A stretch of 60,271 nt of DNA, the filler included, from Catajapyx aquilonaris (taxonomy: Eukaryota), in NCBI GenBank assembly GCA_000934665.2. It is 4 parts of 4 records of this genome, joined end to end, with 100 filler letters (N's around TTAATTAATTAA, not from the genome) between each part and the next. Parts side by side here need not be neighbours in the genome. Positions count along the whole stretch, not along the records: positions 1 to 14,912 come from JYFJ02007657.1; positions 15,013 to 30,240 come from JYFJ02007658.1; 2 more parts are not named here. One strand, given 5' to 3'. This document shows, piece after piece, positions 11,776-23,176 of the stretch; position 1 is the stretch's first letter; each line of letters opens with the position of its first letter. The translations under genes were made by a program, and so were the position numbers. The notes beneath the pieces are model-generated. The model worked only from the letters and a program-made list of their open reading frames with translations. It made no database searches and had not been told where the DNA came from.

Positions 11776-13066
11776 TTAGATGGCACAGAGGGCACATCGT
11801 GTATGTTCCATCAGACGGCTTAGGAGAAAAAGGAAATACAGTTGTAGTTCCAGTACTGCAAATGCATATTCATCGGGAGATATATCATGCATGTACTCTC
11901 CACTTATCATGAAATGCAAGGTGTGCACAAAATCGAGGGACACTAACACAATCCCTACAGAGCAGTATGCCAGAGAGACCATTCTGCTTGGAAATAACCA
12001 GATGCCTCCTACAAATAAACACAGTGAGAGGTAACCAATCAGGAGAAAGCCTTTCAAGTCCTTGAAGTTCCACTTAGTGCAGAATGCCATTAGGGTCAGG
12101 AGAAGACTGACCAGTCCACATACTCCGATGGCCATGATGACTGTGTTCTCTCTGAGCAAGATGGCAGCGATGCATGTGATCCCTAGTTCCCATAAGCTGA
12201 AGATCACCAGGGCAATATAATTACATGGGGCTTCTCGCCGTCGATCAAAGTTACAGGCCAGGATAATCGGGATCAAGAGAGAGCTGAGCATAGCTATGAT
12301 CATGTAGCTGTATAAACTCATCCAGGTCTGAATGACCCATGACCTGACAGCGTCCTGTTGCTCCATCCATAGTGCAAGGCCAAAGATGGCCAAGAATTGC
12401 ACAGACAGGATGAAATACACTTTCCTGGAAATGATAAAATAGCTTGGTTAGCATATTGCAAGTTAGCACAATTCAGAACTATTTAGAGTAAATGTAACCA
12501 AGAGTTTCCACTAATGAACAGGCAGAAATATGCACAAATAAAATGTAGCGACTACAAATTGCAAAGGAATGTGTAATATAGAATTGAGCTTTTGTCTGTG
12601 TTGCTGGAAGTTACAGGGACACTAAACTTCACGCTAAACTCTGCTACCTTACCTTCACCTTTGTGTGGACTCATTATTACTTTAGAAAAGCCCAAGGATC
12701 TCTGAATGTGTGTGTATGCAATTCACAGCTGCATGACTTCTATCCATACATTTCAGTCCAATTATTACCTGTCACTCATGCACTCTAAGGTCCACGTAAC
12801 AATTTTATGGATTTCAGTCTATTTATTGTAAGCTTAATTAGTAATGGTGCATGGCATGCTTTGGGTGGCATTTGCATTGGCCCTTAAATTTTATTTGCTT
12901 TAAGTATTTATTATGACAGTCTGTGTTATAGGTGAATTTTTCTACACCCTTCTCGACAATATTCTGTAAATCGAACAAACCTGATAAACTCCAATCGAAC
13001 ACTCGGTTCTGCAAATCCATGCTGAGGTGGGTCAGGCTTGCTGAATCGGACTGTTCTTTCAGCCAT
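11776..13066 (-). CDS. Divergent protein lifeguard / Bax inhibitor-1 (TMBIM) family membrane protein, about 244 aa
   Basis: Exon 1 12981-13066 (MAERTVRF...FAEPSVRLEFIR) joins in phase 2 to exon 2 11776-12424 (KVYFILSVQ...RRREAPCNYIAL...ISPDEYAFAVL). This rebuilds the FIRKVY, PxN and SPEEY family motifs. Multiple hydrophobic TM segments. Confidence 0.88.
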
Positions 13067-13479
13067 AAATTTTTGGTGATGGTTGATAGTTTGGTGTATA
13101 GTTTGGATATCTGCTCGACCTAGATAATTAAAATGCATAAATGATGACGGCAAGGTTCTATCAGTAGGTTCATAATAGTATTATGTATACATACCTTTCA
13201 TTTCGTTGAGTGCAATATTTCTATAACTCTTTTATAACTCTTGTTGTGCCTTTTTGGAAAAGTCAAAATTTTATTCAGATTGTAGACAGAGATTGTTTAC
13301 ACAAACAGTGGCGTCGCTAGGCAGGTGCGGGGGGTGCGGACCGCACCGGGTGCCACCCTCAAAGGGGGTGACACCCAAGTGATGTGTGAAATTTTTTGGA
13401 ACCCTTCAGAGAATGTATGCTTTCTTTGCGGCTTCCACACATCGATGGAAACTACGGAAATAATTTAAAGGTGGATGAG

Positions 13480-14770
13480 GTGTGATCAAAAAGTTCCTGG
13501 ACTGTCGATATACCGTGAAATCCAGTGGAGGTACGAACTTGTGACGTTATAGGGGGCGCTAGGTACACCTTTCATCTATTAGTCTGAAAAATTTCGTCTT
13601 CATAGGGGCACATGTTTCCGAGTTTCGGCAGTTTTCTTGACACCGTGTTCTTGTGCTTCTGCGATTTTTCGAAATCGCTTATGTTAGGGAGCAAAAGATT
13701 TGAAAATATTTCTTCCAGCTCAACAAAACTTCGGATGCAACCAACCGAATGCTGAACAAGGCTTTTGATGAGCAAGTTGTAAGACAAGCAATGACATATG
13801 AGTGGGTTAACAGCTTCGAAGGTGGCGCGTCAAGTTTGCAGCAAAATCAACTCGATGCTGATCCTTTTCTTTGACATTTTAGGAATTGTGCATATGGAGT
13901 TTCTCCCTCCTGGTAAAACTGCCAACGGCAAGTATTAGGGCCTACTGGGATGGTTTGAGACGATTTAGGCTCAAATGGCCGGAGATGTGGAAGAACATAT
14001 ACAGTAAAACTTCTATAAGTCGAACTTCCCTAAGTCGAAGATCTCTATAAGTCGAAGAAAATGATGAACTTGATTGGTCACAATGTGAAATAATAGGAAA
14101 TAAACTCCCCTAGCTTGAATTTCTACAACTCGAATTTCTCCATAACTCGAAGTGCAGGCACTGAAAATTAATCCTGAAATGCTGAAAATGCATTGATATC
14201 CCATCGTAAGGCCCTTTACGATGGGATATCAATGCATTTTCAGTCTCCGTAAGTCGAAGTTCATGTTGGCGAGTACGAAAAATTTTCTCTTTTCCCAGCC
14301 GAAGGATACAGAGTAGGCCCCATGTACAGAAAGGCTCAATTTCCTGATCTCCGTCTACCAGATGTACCGAAAGAAGTGTTTGACTCGATTGTGACAATTG
14401 AATCCTTGAATCTAAGAGTAGGCAAATGTCCATAAAGGACATTTTTTCACAACAAAACAATGAGGAACATGGTAAGTGTGATAGTGACAGTTATTTTAAA
14501 GTTTTGAACACCTTTTGTCGCTGGATAAAGGTAGGCTTCCTTATAGAGTTATGTGCTCAATAAAAGCCAAACTTCTCTAACTCGAATCTTCTATAACTCG
14601 AAGTTTTTTCCCGGTCCCATGGAGATTCGACTTATAGAAGTTTTACTGTATAGACTGGTTGCTGCACCATGACAATGCCGCCTGCACACACCTCACGCGT
14701 AGTCAGGGACTTCCTGATAAAAAATAACATGACCACTGTTCCCCACCCTGCATATTCGTTTGTCCTGGCC
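13480..14770 (+). mobile_element. Decayed mariner transposon, interrupted by a MITE
   Basis: Mariner-like TIR GTGTGATCAAAAAGTTCC. Transposase remnant WLLHHDNA...VPHPAYS at about 14655-14770. Confidence 0.7.
14002..14648. mobile_element. Tc1/pogo(Tigger)-like MITE
   Basis: TIRs CAGTAAAACTTCTATAAGTCGAA / TTCGACTTATAGAAGTTTTACTG, flanked by TA. Confidence 0.85.
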
Positions 14771-14912
14771 AAGGGGGTACTCACTTCGGTACTCCGGTGT
14801 ACACCTGCAGTGGTATCTTTGGTACTCTTCGGTACTCCTTAGGTACTCCTTGGTACTCCCTGGTGCTCCCAGACAATAAACAAATATGCCTCTAACTTCG
14901 GGAGCTTTTCCC

Positions 14913-15012
14913 NNNNNNNNNNNNNNNNNNNNNNNNNNNNNNNNNNNNNNNNNNNNTTAATTAATTAANNNNNNNNNNNNNNNNNNNNNNNNNNNNNNNN
15001 NNNNNNNNNNNN
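14913..15012. other. Assembly linker (N44-TTAATTAATTAA-N44); same linker at 30241-30340 and 45233-45332
   Basis: Identical 100-nt N-flanked spacer with stops in all six frames, seen three times. Confidence 0.95.
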
Positions 15013-15059
<47 letters not shown>

Positions 15060-15061
<2 letters not shown>

Positions 15062-15400
15062 GTGGCGATAATCAAAAAGATTTCCCAGTTCCAGTTATCG
15101 TACAGATCCCAAATTTGGTACAAAAATTTGTCCTCGTCTGATACCGCCAGGAAAAGTCCAAAACCGGAAGTCGGGCATCTTGGGTCCAGACTGTGGTCCC
15201 GCAAACACGAAAAAAATCCAACCGAAATTGATAAATGGTGGTGATAACCAAAAAATATTGACCAGTTCCAGTTATCGTACAGACCCCAAATTTTGCACAA
15301 ATATTGGTCCTTGTCTGAAACCACCAGGAAAAGTCCAAAACCGGAAGTCGGCCATCTTAGGTCCAGACTGCCGCCATTCAAACACGAAAAAAATTCAAAA
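15060..15400. repeat. Tandem repeat, about 177-bp unit, about 2 copies, next to (TA)n and a gap
   Basis: CCAGTTCCAGTTATCGTACAGA at 15085 and 15262. CCAGGAAAAGTCCAAAACCGGAAGTCGG is also repeated. Confidence 0.85.
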
Positions 15401-15780
15401 AAATGCAACAATGCCAATATACATATTATAATTTATGGTCTCCATAGTACCAATGTATTGACATTGTTGCAAAGAGAATTCTAGAGGCTAGACGTGTCTT
15501 TCTCTCACTCTCTGTTTCATGCGAGGAAACCTTTTCCGTCCTACACATTTTGTCGAGTCTGATGTGCGGAACTGATTATTTTCATGTTTTCAAAAATGCA
15601 AGGAGAAAATTCAAACTTGGCGGGCGTTTTCACGGTGACCTTGACCTGCAGGTGATATGATAACCTGATAGTCACGTTGTCCATCCACTTGTAAACATTT
15701 TAAGAGGAATCCAAGAAATATCGGACGAGTAGTTTCGATTTTATAGCCAATTCCAAAGCGAGTGTCACTTATGTACTATC

Positions 15781-15890
15781 AGTCCAACAAGAATTGTCGC
15801 AGCGGCAGCGCACGAACTACAATCTACGAGCACAGGTACACGAGAGACTGTAGTTCGTGCGCTGCCGCTTGCGACAATTCTTGTTGGACA
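15781..15890. repeat. Palindromic MITE
   Basis: GTCCAACAAGAATTGTCGC...GCGACAATTCTTGTTGGAC hairpin. Confidence 0.75.
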
Positions 15891-16058
15891 CCAGGTACTT
15901 CTTGACCCAAAAAAAACATGACGCGGACAGGGGAGAGTCGGGGACTTTTGATATGTTGTTCAGCATGGCAAACAGAGCCTGTGTGCAAATTTTCAGCTTT
16001 ACATTAATTTTGTCCGGGTTAGGCCTCATTTTTGTCTAAAACTCCTGGGCTAAAAAGG

Positions 16059-16138
16059 GAGCTCCCAGGCGGGGATCGAACCTGGGACCTTCCACTTAGC
16101 AAGCTGAGACGTTACCATCTCGGCCACCACACCTCCCC
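16059..16138 (-). mobile_element. tRNA-derived SINE head (same family as 48587)
   Basis: GGGGAGGTGTGGTGGCCGAGATGGTAACGTCTCAGCTTGCTAAG...GGTTCGATCCCCGCCTGGG with A and B boxes. Confidence 0.75.
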
Positions 16139-16151
16139 AACTTCGAAGCAC

Positions 16152-17315
16152 TTAAGGTGGGTTTACATGTGAGCGAAATGATCAGCGAAATGCATCGCGG
16201 CGATGCATTTCGACCGTGAATTGTAGCGGTTCTGGCGTCATGACTCAAGCGATAGCGCTTAAGCATCGCCCGTGTGTTTACATGCCGGCGACGTGCATCG
16301 CCACGGCATGCCAACAGCATCGCCGGCGCAAAGGACTATCGGAAGGAGACAAAAGACGATCGGGTTGTTTATGGCTCGAATTTTGGAATGGCGAAGAGAC
16401 TCCCTCGGCCTGTATCGCGAATATACTCGACTTCTGTGTTTTTGGTGGAACAAGGGACCCTTGGGAGTGGTGGTGAGTAGGTGGATACAGGTTGTAGGTC
16501 GGTATAACATACAGCAATTCAATAAGAGCCCAACAAGACAGGGCCCATGTTCTATTGATCGATATATATTGCTCACTTCAAGGGAAGTAACATGCGGGAT
16601 GGGGCATGGGTACTCTGTAGTTTCCAGGAAGTTGGTGTAGTAGGACTTCCGGCAAAGTCATGATAGTCATGATAGGCGGGTGCCTTTCTGTCACCACACG
16701 CCGTCACAGTACAGCCACCCGAATACGCCACAAGTGAGCGACGATGTCGTCGCCATCTCCTTGAGCGATGTCATCGCCGAGGCCCTCCCTTCTTAAACGC
16801 GATTGCTACTTTCGGCCCAAATCACTGCTTTCGTTAGGATTTCATCGCTGGCGATGCAAATTGCTGATCATTTCGCTCACATGTAAACCTCGGCGATGAC
16901 ATCGCTCAAGGAGATGGCGACGACATCGTCGCTCACTTGTGGCGTATTCGGGTGGCTGTACTGTGACGACGTGTGGTGACAGAAAGGCACCCGCCTGTTT
17001 TCGTTCGATTTCCAACATGGCGTCAGGAGGGAAGAAGCCGAGGGAGTCTCTTCGCCATTCCAAAATTCGAGCCATAAACAACCCGATCGTCTTTTGTCTC
17101 CTTCCGATAGTCCTTTGCGCGGGCGATGCTGTTGGCATGCTGTGGCGATGCTGTTGGCATGCCGTGGCGATGCACGTCGCCGGCATGTAAACACACGGGC
17201 GATGCTTAAGCGCTATCGCTTGAGTCATGACGTCAGAACCGCTACAATTCACGGTCGAAATGCATCGCCGCGATGCATTTCGCTGATCATTTCGCTCACA
17301 TGTAAACCCACCTTA
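16152..17315. mobile_element. PIF/Harbinger-like foldback element with about 250-bp inverted arms and an internal second inversion
   Basis: TTAAGGTGGGTTTACATGTGAGCG...CGCTCACATGTAAACCCACCTTAA. Segment 16677-16781 is inverted at about 16889-16995. A short relative lies at 24532-24720. Confidence 0.85.
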
Positions 17316-17445
17316 AAACCCACCTTTACAGTTAGTTTAGATGAGTGCTTCTTGATATTCCAGATGGCTATGCATCTCTGATGAATGATATGTCTAAGCT
17401 CTAAGGTAAAGCAGCAAGGCATTATGCATCCTAAGCTGACAGCCA

Positions 17446-17588
17446 AGGGGGTAATCACTTCGGTACTCCGGTACACCTGGGAGTGGTACTCCCTGGTACT
17501 ACTCAGGCACCTCACTCTTTATTACTCCGTGGTACTCCTTGAATTTGGTACTCCAGTGTACACTTTTCAGTCGAGTGATTACCCCCTT
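17446..17588. repeat. Dispersed GGTACTCC-rich MITE; copies at about 14771-14870 and 45559-45713
   Basis: AAGGGGGTAATCACTTCG...CGAGTGATTACCCCCTT inverted termini. Confidence 0.8.
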
Positions 17589-17901
17589 GCTGACAGCATT
17601 AGTCAGGGAACTCAATGATTGGTCCCTTGGAACTAGTGGAAAGGTTGGTAATATTTTTCTGCCTCATCCTGCATTTGAGTGGGCAAATGATAAGTGTAAG
17701 GTGAAGGGTGTAGAGTAAAGAGAGCCACCTGTGAGGTATCTCATGCTGGTAGGGAAGCGAGGGTTTTTCTAGTTTAAAACATTGCTCAATGGAATTTTGT
17801 TTAAATTCATATTTAAATTTTACAATAAATAAAGCGTGTAAAAAGAGTCAGAATCCCCTCTAAATGTATTTATTGCACATCCTTCATAGTTCATAATTAT
17901 T

Positions 17902-18335
17902 AGGCTGGGTTCACACTAGGCGTTTTTGTCGCGCGACAAAAACGCCGCGACAAGTCGCTCAAAACAGAACACATGCAAACTTATGGGGCATGACACACCA
18001 CGGCTTCTCTCCTGCTTGGTCGTCGCAAAACGCAGCATGCTGCGTTTTTGCTGCCGCTACAAAAACGCCGCGACAAAGTCGCTGAAAACTGAACACATGG
18101 TAATCAGTTGGGGCAGACACACCTGGCGACAAAGTCGCGTGAAAAGTGTTTAATTTTGACTATTGTGGAACGGTAGTTGCTAAGGGTCAGGTTGGCAACG
18201 CTGTTCGGGTTGCATCAGTAGGGGAAGCAAAACGCGCGACAAAAACGCCTAGTGTGAACCTCGTGAGGCGTCAGCGACGAAAACGCGGCAACAAAGTCGC
18301 AGGCGACAAAAACGCCTAGTGTGAACCCAGCCTTA
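17902..18335. mobile_element. Harbinger-like MITE
   Basis: AGGCTGGGTTCACACTAGGCGTTTTTGTCGC / GCGACAAAAACGCCTAGTGTGAACCCAGCCT, in a TTA context. Confidence 0.85.
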
Positions 18336-18732
18336 CAGTCACAAAATTTGATCAGCCATTTGATCATATTGCACAGTACAAAGCCGAGAGCCGACAGCTT
18401 GAGAGAAGAGAGAGAGAGAGGGAGAGAGAGAGGGGGGGAGAGGCGGGGCTAAAACCGACGTAACTTCAAATCATCATATCTGCTTCTGACTCAAAATTGC
18501 GCGCAGCTGAATTCATAGTCCTCAATCTATTCTCAGGTTACGCGCCGTGTTGCAAAATTTGGCTAGAAAACATTTGTAGGCGTTTTGAGAGCGATCATTG
18601 TTTATCCGAGCTAGCAGCCTCATGATGAGCAAGAATCTAGTCGATGATAACGAGATATACCCCGAATCGCAGTTGGTCAGTCTTCGTCTCTGAATAACAC
18701 ATATCGTACATAAATATGACCAATAACACAAG

Positions 18733-21381
18733 CTACAGTCCGCGCCAGTACGGGTCGCCTGAACGGAAGGCCACGTCTTGCTCCTGAAAACGAGCGAGGG
18801 AGAAACAGTCAGACCTTGGCGTGTGTACGGCACAATGCAAGTACTTACGTGGATGGCACGCCACAGGTTGTGATCCTGGCACTTAAAGGCTAGGAGGATC
18901 TGAGGAACACTGCGGAGTTTGTAAAGTTTCAGGTACTTCTTGGGCTGACCAGTCAACGGGTTTATGATCCCTGGCACCTTGTGCCTGGCGGATGGACAAA
19001 AAAAAAAAGGCCAGCATTGTCAATTGTACTCTGCGGATCAGCCACTTACCTCAGAAGGTCACAGAAGAGGGGTTCGAACGACTTCGAGTCCACGTCCAGG
19101 TGAGGCACAGTAAATCCCCTGCGCCCCAGCATATCGTACAAGTCCTGCCCGTTCCACTCCGGGAAGAAGGCGGACACCTCCGTGCTGACTAGACAGGCGG
19201 AGTCCTCCATATTCACAATATGCACCACCTTTCCGGGAAGCAGCTCTGAAAATGAACATCCGGGTCAATCCAGGTCCCGAGATGCCACCAGGAGATACTT
19301 ACCAACAGGCATTACGAAACGCACATCGCCGATGTCGAGTTCGTCCAGGTCGCACTCCAGCTCCTTCAGTACATGGTTGCGTGTGTGCCTGCAAAAAAAG
19401 TACAGAGTGTTAATGCAACCAGCCGTGTGACAGCCATTAGGCTTTGAACTTACGCAGGTTGAGCAGGTTGATCAGCAACCTCGGCCCAGCTCAAGGTCTT
19501 GACCGGCTTTCTCTGCATCCGTTCTAGCACCAGTTTCGGCTGCTGCACCGACCTGCGATTCGCGGCATGACACGGCGCCGAAGCCACAGGCGATAAGAAG
19601 CTTCGAGGCGATACCGCAGCTTCTTGTGGCTGATTTATACTCATCAGTTGGTCCCTCTTCGGAGGAATCCATTGCGGCGCGGTAATCGCCCAGGTCTTCA
19701 GGTTCGTGTTCCACGAAGACGGCTTGGCTGCCTCGGAAGCGGCCGGCAGGAGGTTCTGAGAAGCTGACGCTGACCGCAGACCATTCCAAGGAGCTGATGG
19801 TAGCTCATTTTGGGCAGATGACAGCAGCGGGTTCCGATCAACCCTTGGTGGTGGATACGGAGCAGGCGAGGGCAGCACACGCTGAGCTGCCGAGAGCAGA
19901 AGGTTCTGATCCCACTCTTTGACGCAATAATTGGCACCTTCGAGGGCCCAGGCAGACATAATGTGATTCACATTTTGGGCAATCATTTTCTGTATTGTCG
20001 CCTGTGCAGTGTGATTTCCTAGTAGAGCATCGTCTAACAGGTCACCTGGTATCGACACGAAATCACTGGTTTTGGGAGAAGCCTCAGAAGCATTTGCCAT
20101 GGGCTCCTGGTCGGGAGGAGAGGACGAGTCAAAGCTTAGATCCTCCTCCTCCTCCTCCTCCTCGTCCTCCTCCTCCTCGTCCTCCTCCTCCTCGTTATCA
20201 TCATCGTCATCAGACGAATCCGACGAGTAGTCCTACAGGGGGCATGGCAGAGAGTGACGTAAAAATAAAGTTCAATCAAAGTGACCCGTGACTATGCAAA
20301 GTCTCACCGTCATCTGTTCGTAGTCCACTTCGGCCAGTTTCGCCTCGATAAGGAGGTCAGACAAATTAACATCTATGTCTGTGGACGTATTATATACGCA
20401 AACGCTTATTCGCTCGCACTGGAGACGGAAAACGAGACAGATCAAAACAACTGCATGAGATAATTATTTCCACAGCTCAGACGAGGCCTTACCCTTGTCC
20501 TGGTGGTGTCTGCCTGTAACCAGCCTACCAGTGGGTGGCCTGTCTTGGTAAGCTCGAGGAAGCCTTTGGAAGCCTTCAGCGGCCAAGTCTTGGCCCCTCC
20601 CGCAGGCTTGATGCCGTACATCTGGCTTGGAATCGCCTGGGCAGCCAGGTGGAAGAAGTCTCGCTTCAGGAGACGCACTTTTTCGGCACCGACGGTCACA
20701 ATCCCACCAAAATCGACGCATTTCACCTGCAAAGAAATCACAGAAAAATTAAGGTACTCGCAAGGAACTGGTGTGTTTGTGTCAGAAAGCTGACTTTTCA
20801 AACACGGATTGCCGTACTCTGGCTACAGGCTAAAATATTAAATACGTGCCACGTAATAATCATCGTCACATTTAAAAGGTGCTTACCGTCACTTCTCCGT
20901 TTTCGGAAGAGATGAACTTTGCTCGCTGCCACATGTTCGAATACAACGCGACGCACGGGTGGCCAGGAAAGTACGACAGATCGGTCATCCTGAATTTTTC
21001 ACTCTTGTCATAGTCATAGTACTGGCTGCAAATAACACAAGACCTGATGTATCTCTGACCAATTCACGATTAACTAAACGATCGTTTTGATATCAAACGG
21101 CATAGGAGAAAATTAAATCTCCAAAATTAAACTACCATACTCACTTCATGCTTGCCTCAAGACGCGAGAACGCCGCTTTATCCTCATGCAGCTGCAAAAA
21201 GAACTTCCAAGGAGAGTATATGTCGCCAAATGACACGGGAAAATAAACCCCCTGGTGGCTCTCCACTTTAGGAACCTTCTTGAGGACATATTCCTCTCCC
21301 AGCTCGACAACATCTGGATGATACTTGATCTTTCGTAGTTCGTAAACATGAAAAAGACAAAAGCATTTGTCTCGCTTTAGG
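18733..21381 (-). CDS. Extended-Tudor domain protein, TDRD5/Tejas-like, with acidic linker and extra C-terminal globular domain; 5' end unresolved
   Basis: Phase-consistent exons: 21145-21381 (HPDVV..DIYSPWKFFLQL), about 20887-21025 (GHPCVALYSNMWQRAK), 20493-20726 (VKCVDFG..LAAQAI..GIKP..W), 20308-20418 (YNTSTDIDVNLSDLLI), 19454-20232 (poly-D/E, low complexity), 19303-19388, 19050-19245, 18849-18984, 18733-18783 (..GDPYWRGL*). Confidence 0.85.
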
Positions 21382-22377
21382 CTGAATTAGGACACAACAA
21401 CAAATTGGCTCTGTAAAATACTGGCTACAAAAGTTGCGGGTCACTGCGAGAGCATGAAGAAAAATTTGGATGGTTCCTACGAGAGCAAGCTTATCGCAAT
21501 TCACGCATGGTAATCTTCACTATAATTACTTGCCCATAATATTGCAAAATGGGTTTTCCATTACGATCATATTTTCTTTACCATTGTGCGGGCACCTCCG
21601 CTTGTGGAGCCACGGGTGCCAGAGGCTGCAGATGCCATCAGATAGGGCTCACTGGTTTCACGGCAGGTGTGGAAATCGTCTTAAGGACCTCTGCTCTGCT
21701 TTTCTGAATAGGAAATGGGCATTTAGAGACATAGAGTTTTTGTATAGGTATATGTGATGCAGTTCTTAAACATATCCTGCTCACAAAACATTGAATTACG
21801 CAAAAAGGATTCGGCTTTCGACGTGCATCTGCAGATATCTTGGCCCAATCGGAAGGAACAATCGTTTCAGAACGTTGTTGGGTGGTTTATCAAGCCAAAA
21901 TCTTTGTCACACTCCATGTAACTGTATAACCTCTAATGGGAAATGTCACTTAGAGTGTTAGAAACCTATGCACAACATACTACTGTAGCATGATGCATGA
22001 GGCCTCTGGTGATTGTGTAGTTTTTATTTTGCCCCCATTTGCAAAAACAGCTGACTGTCGCTGAGTGCAAGGGTGGACGTTTATAATTTTCCCCCAAAGG
22101 TGTGGATGTTGATAGTTCTTCCAACAATGCCAAATATTTCAGGGCCTCTAATAGCGAACTATGATCATGTCAAGACAACAACGACCAAACCATCATATTC
22201 TACGCTAGTCAAACTATCCTATGGAATATTGTACTGATATTATGTAATAATTCATTTTTGACAAAAAGTGGACCTTGATCGTTCCCCCCCTCCCCCCNCC
22301 CCCCCCCCCCCCCCCCGAGGTCTTCATAATTATGTGGTGATGTGACATCATAATACTGTAGCAGCAAACTCACGCCT

Positions 22378-22636
22378 TATCGGGGCTAGAGGGCGTCAAT
22401 ATATTGTTCTGGGCTTAATCCTGTATGGGCAGCCTTTCAGTAAACCCCACAAGAAGCAAGGTGGCGTCAGGTCTGGTGATCTGAGCCCGGACCTTCGGTG
22501 GACGATTAATTTCGAAAAATCTGTGGCCGCCAAAATTACCAGACCTGACGCCACCTGATTTCTTCTTGTGGGGTTTACTGAAGGGCCGCATATACAGGAT
22601 TTAGCCCAGATCAATTGACGCCCTCTAGCCCCGATA
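22378..22636. mobile_element. Inverted pair of Tc1/mariner transposase 3' fragments
   Basis: Plus strand encodes WPPKLPDLTPPDFFLWGLLKGRIY; minus strand encodes RSPDLTPPCFLWGLLK. Termini TATCGGGGCTAGAGGGCGTCAAT are inverted. Confidence 0.8.
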
Positions 22637-22866
22637 CGTCGGGAGTTTGCTGCCATTATTCTGTCACACACAGTATGTACGGTATAATACTATGGGGCTC
22701 AAATTGTTTTGGCCACTTTATCCTGGTCTTGAAGCTACCCTTCGCACAGGCCTCACGGTGAGCAAGTGTGTCTGCGTGAAGGGTTGCTTCAAGACCAGGA
22801 TAAAGTGGCCAAAACAATTTGAGCCCCAGCATAGTACGCCAATATGCAGACTTTCAAACAAAAGTG

Positions 22867-23104
22867 GCGACACGGTGGCGGAGTGGTTAGCGCCGCAGCC
22901 TTCCACCTCTAAGGTCCCGAGTTCGATCTTATGTGGATAGAGTTTCGATGGGTTCTCTCCGTGTTAGCGTGGGTTTTCTCGGGGTTCTCCCGTTTCCTCC
23001 CACTATCAAAATCCATCACAGCAAAGGCAATGATTAAAGACGGTTAATTAAAAAGATGATCCACTAAAAAGCCCAAGGAGGCTTATCACGGGGGGTATCC
23101 ATTA

Positions 23105-23175
<71 letters not shown>

Positions 23176-23176
23176 G
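22867..23176 (+). mobile_element. V-SINE-like tRNA-derived SINE
   Basis: A/B boxes (TGGCGGAGTGG, GAGTTCGAT), V-like core, (ATT)n tail, 12-bp TSD CAAACAAAAGTG at 22855 and 23177. Confidence 0.85.

Noticed and set aside
14913..15012. TTAATTAATTAA palindrome repeated three times in the window
   Set aside because: Always embedded in fixed-length N runs; an artificial six-frame-stop linker, not biology.
16096..17381. Duplicated ORFs on both strands (MNCSGS.., MFTCRRR..)
   Set aside because: By-products of the inverted-repeat arms of a non-coding foldback.
19995..20291. Proline-rich plus-strand ORF
   Set aside because: Antisense shadow of the poly-Glu/Asp exon of the Tudor gene.
21638..21640. 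In-frame TGA as selenocysteine
   Set aside because: It lies in a low-complexity Pro-rich context, there is no redox motif, and I recognised no SECIS element.
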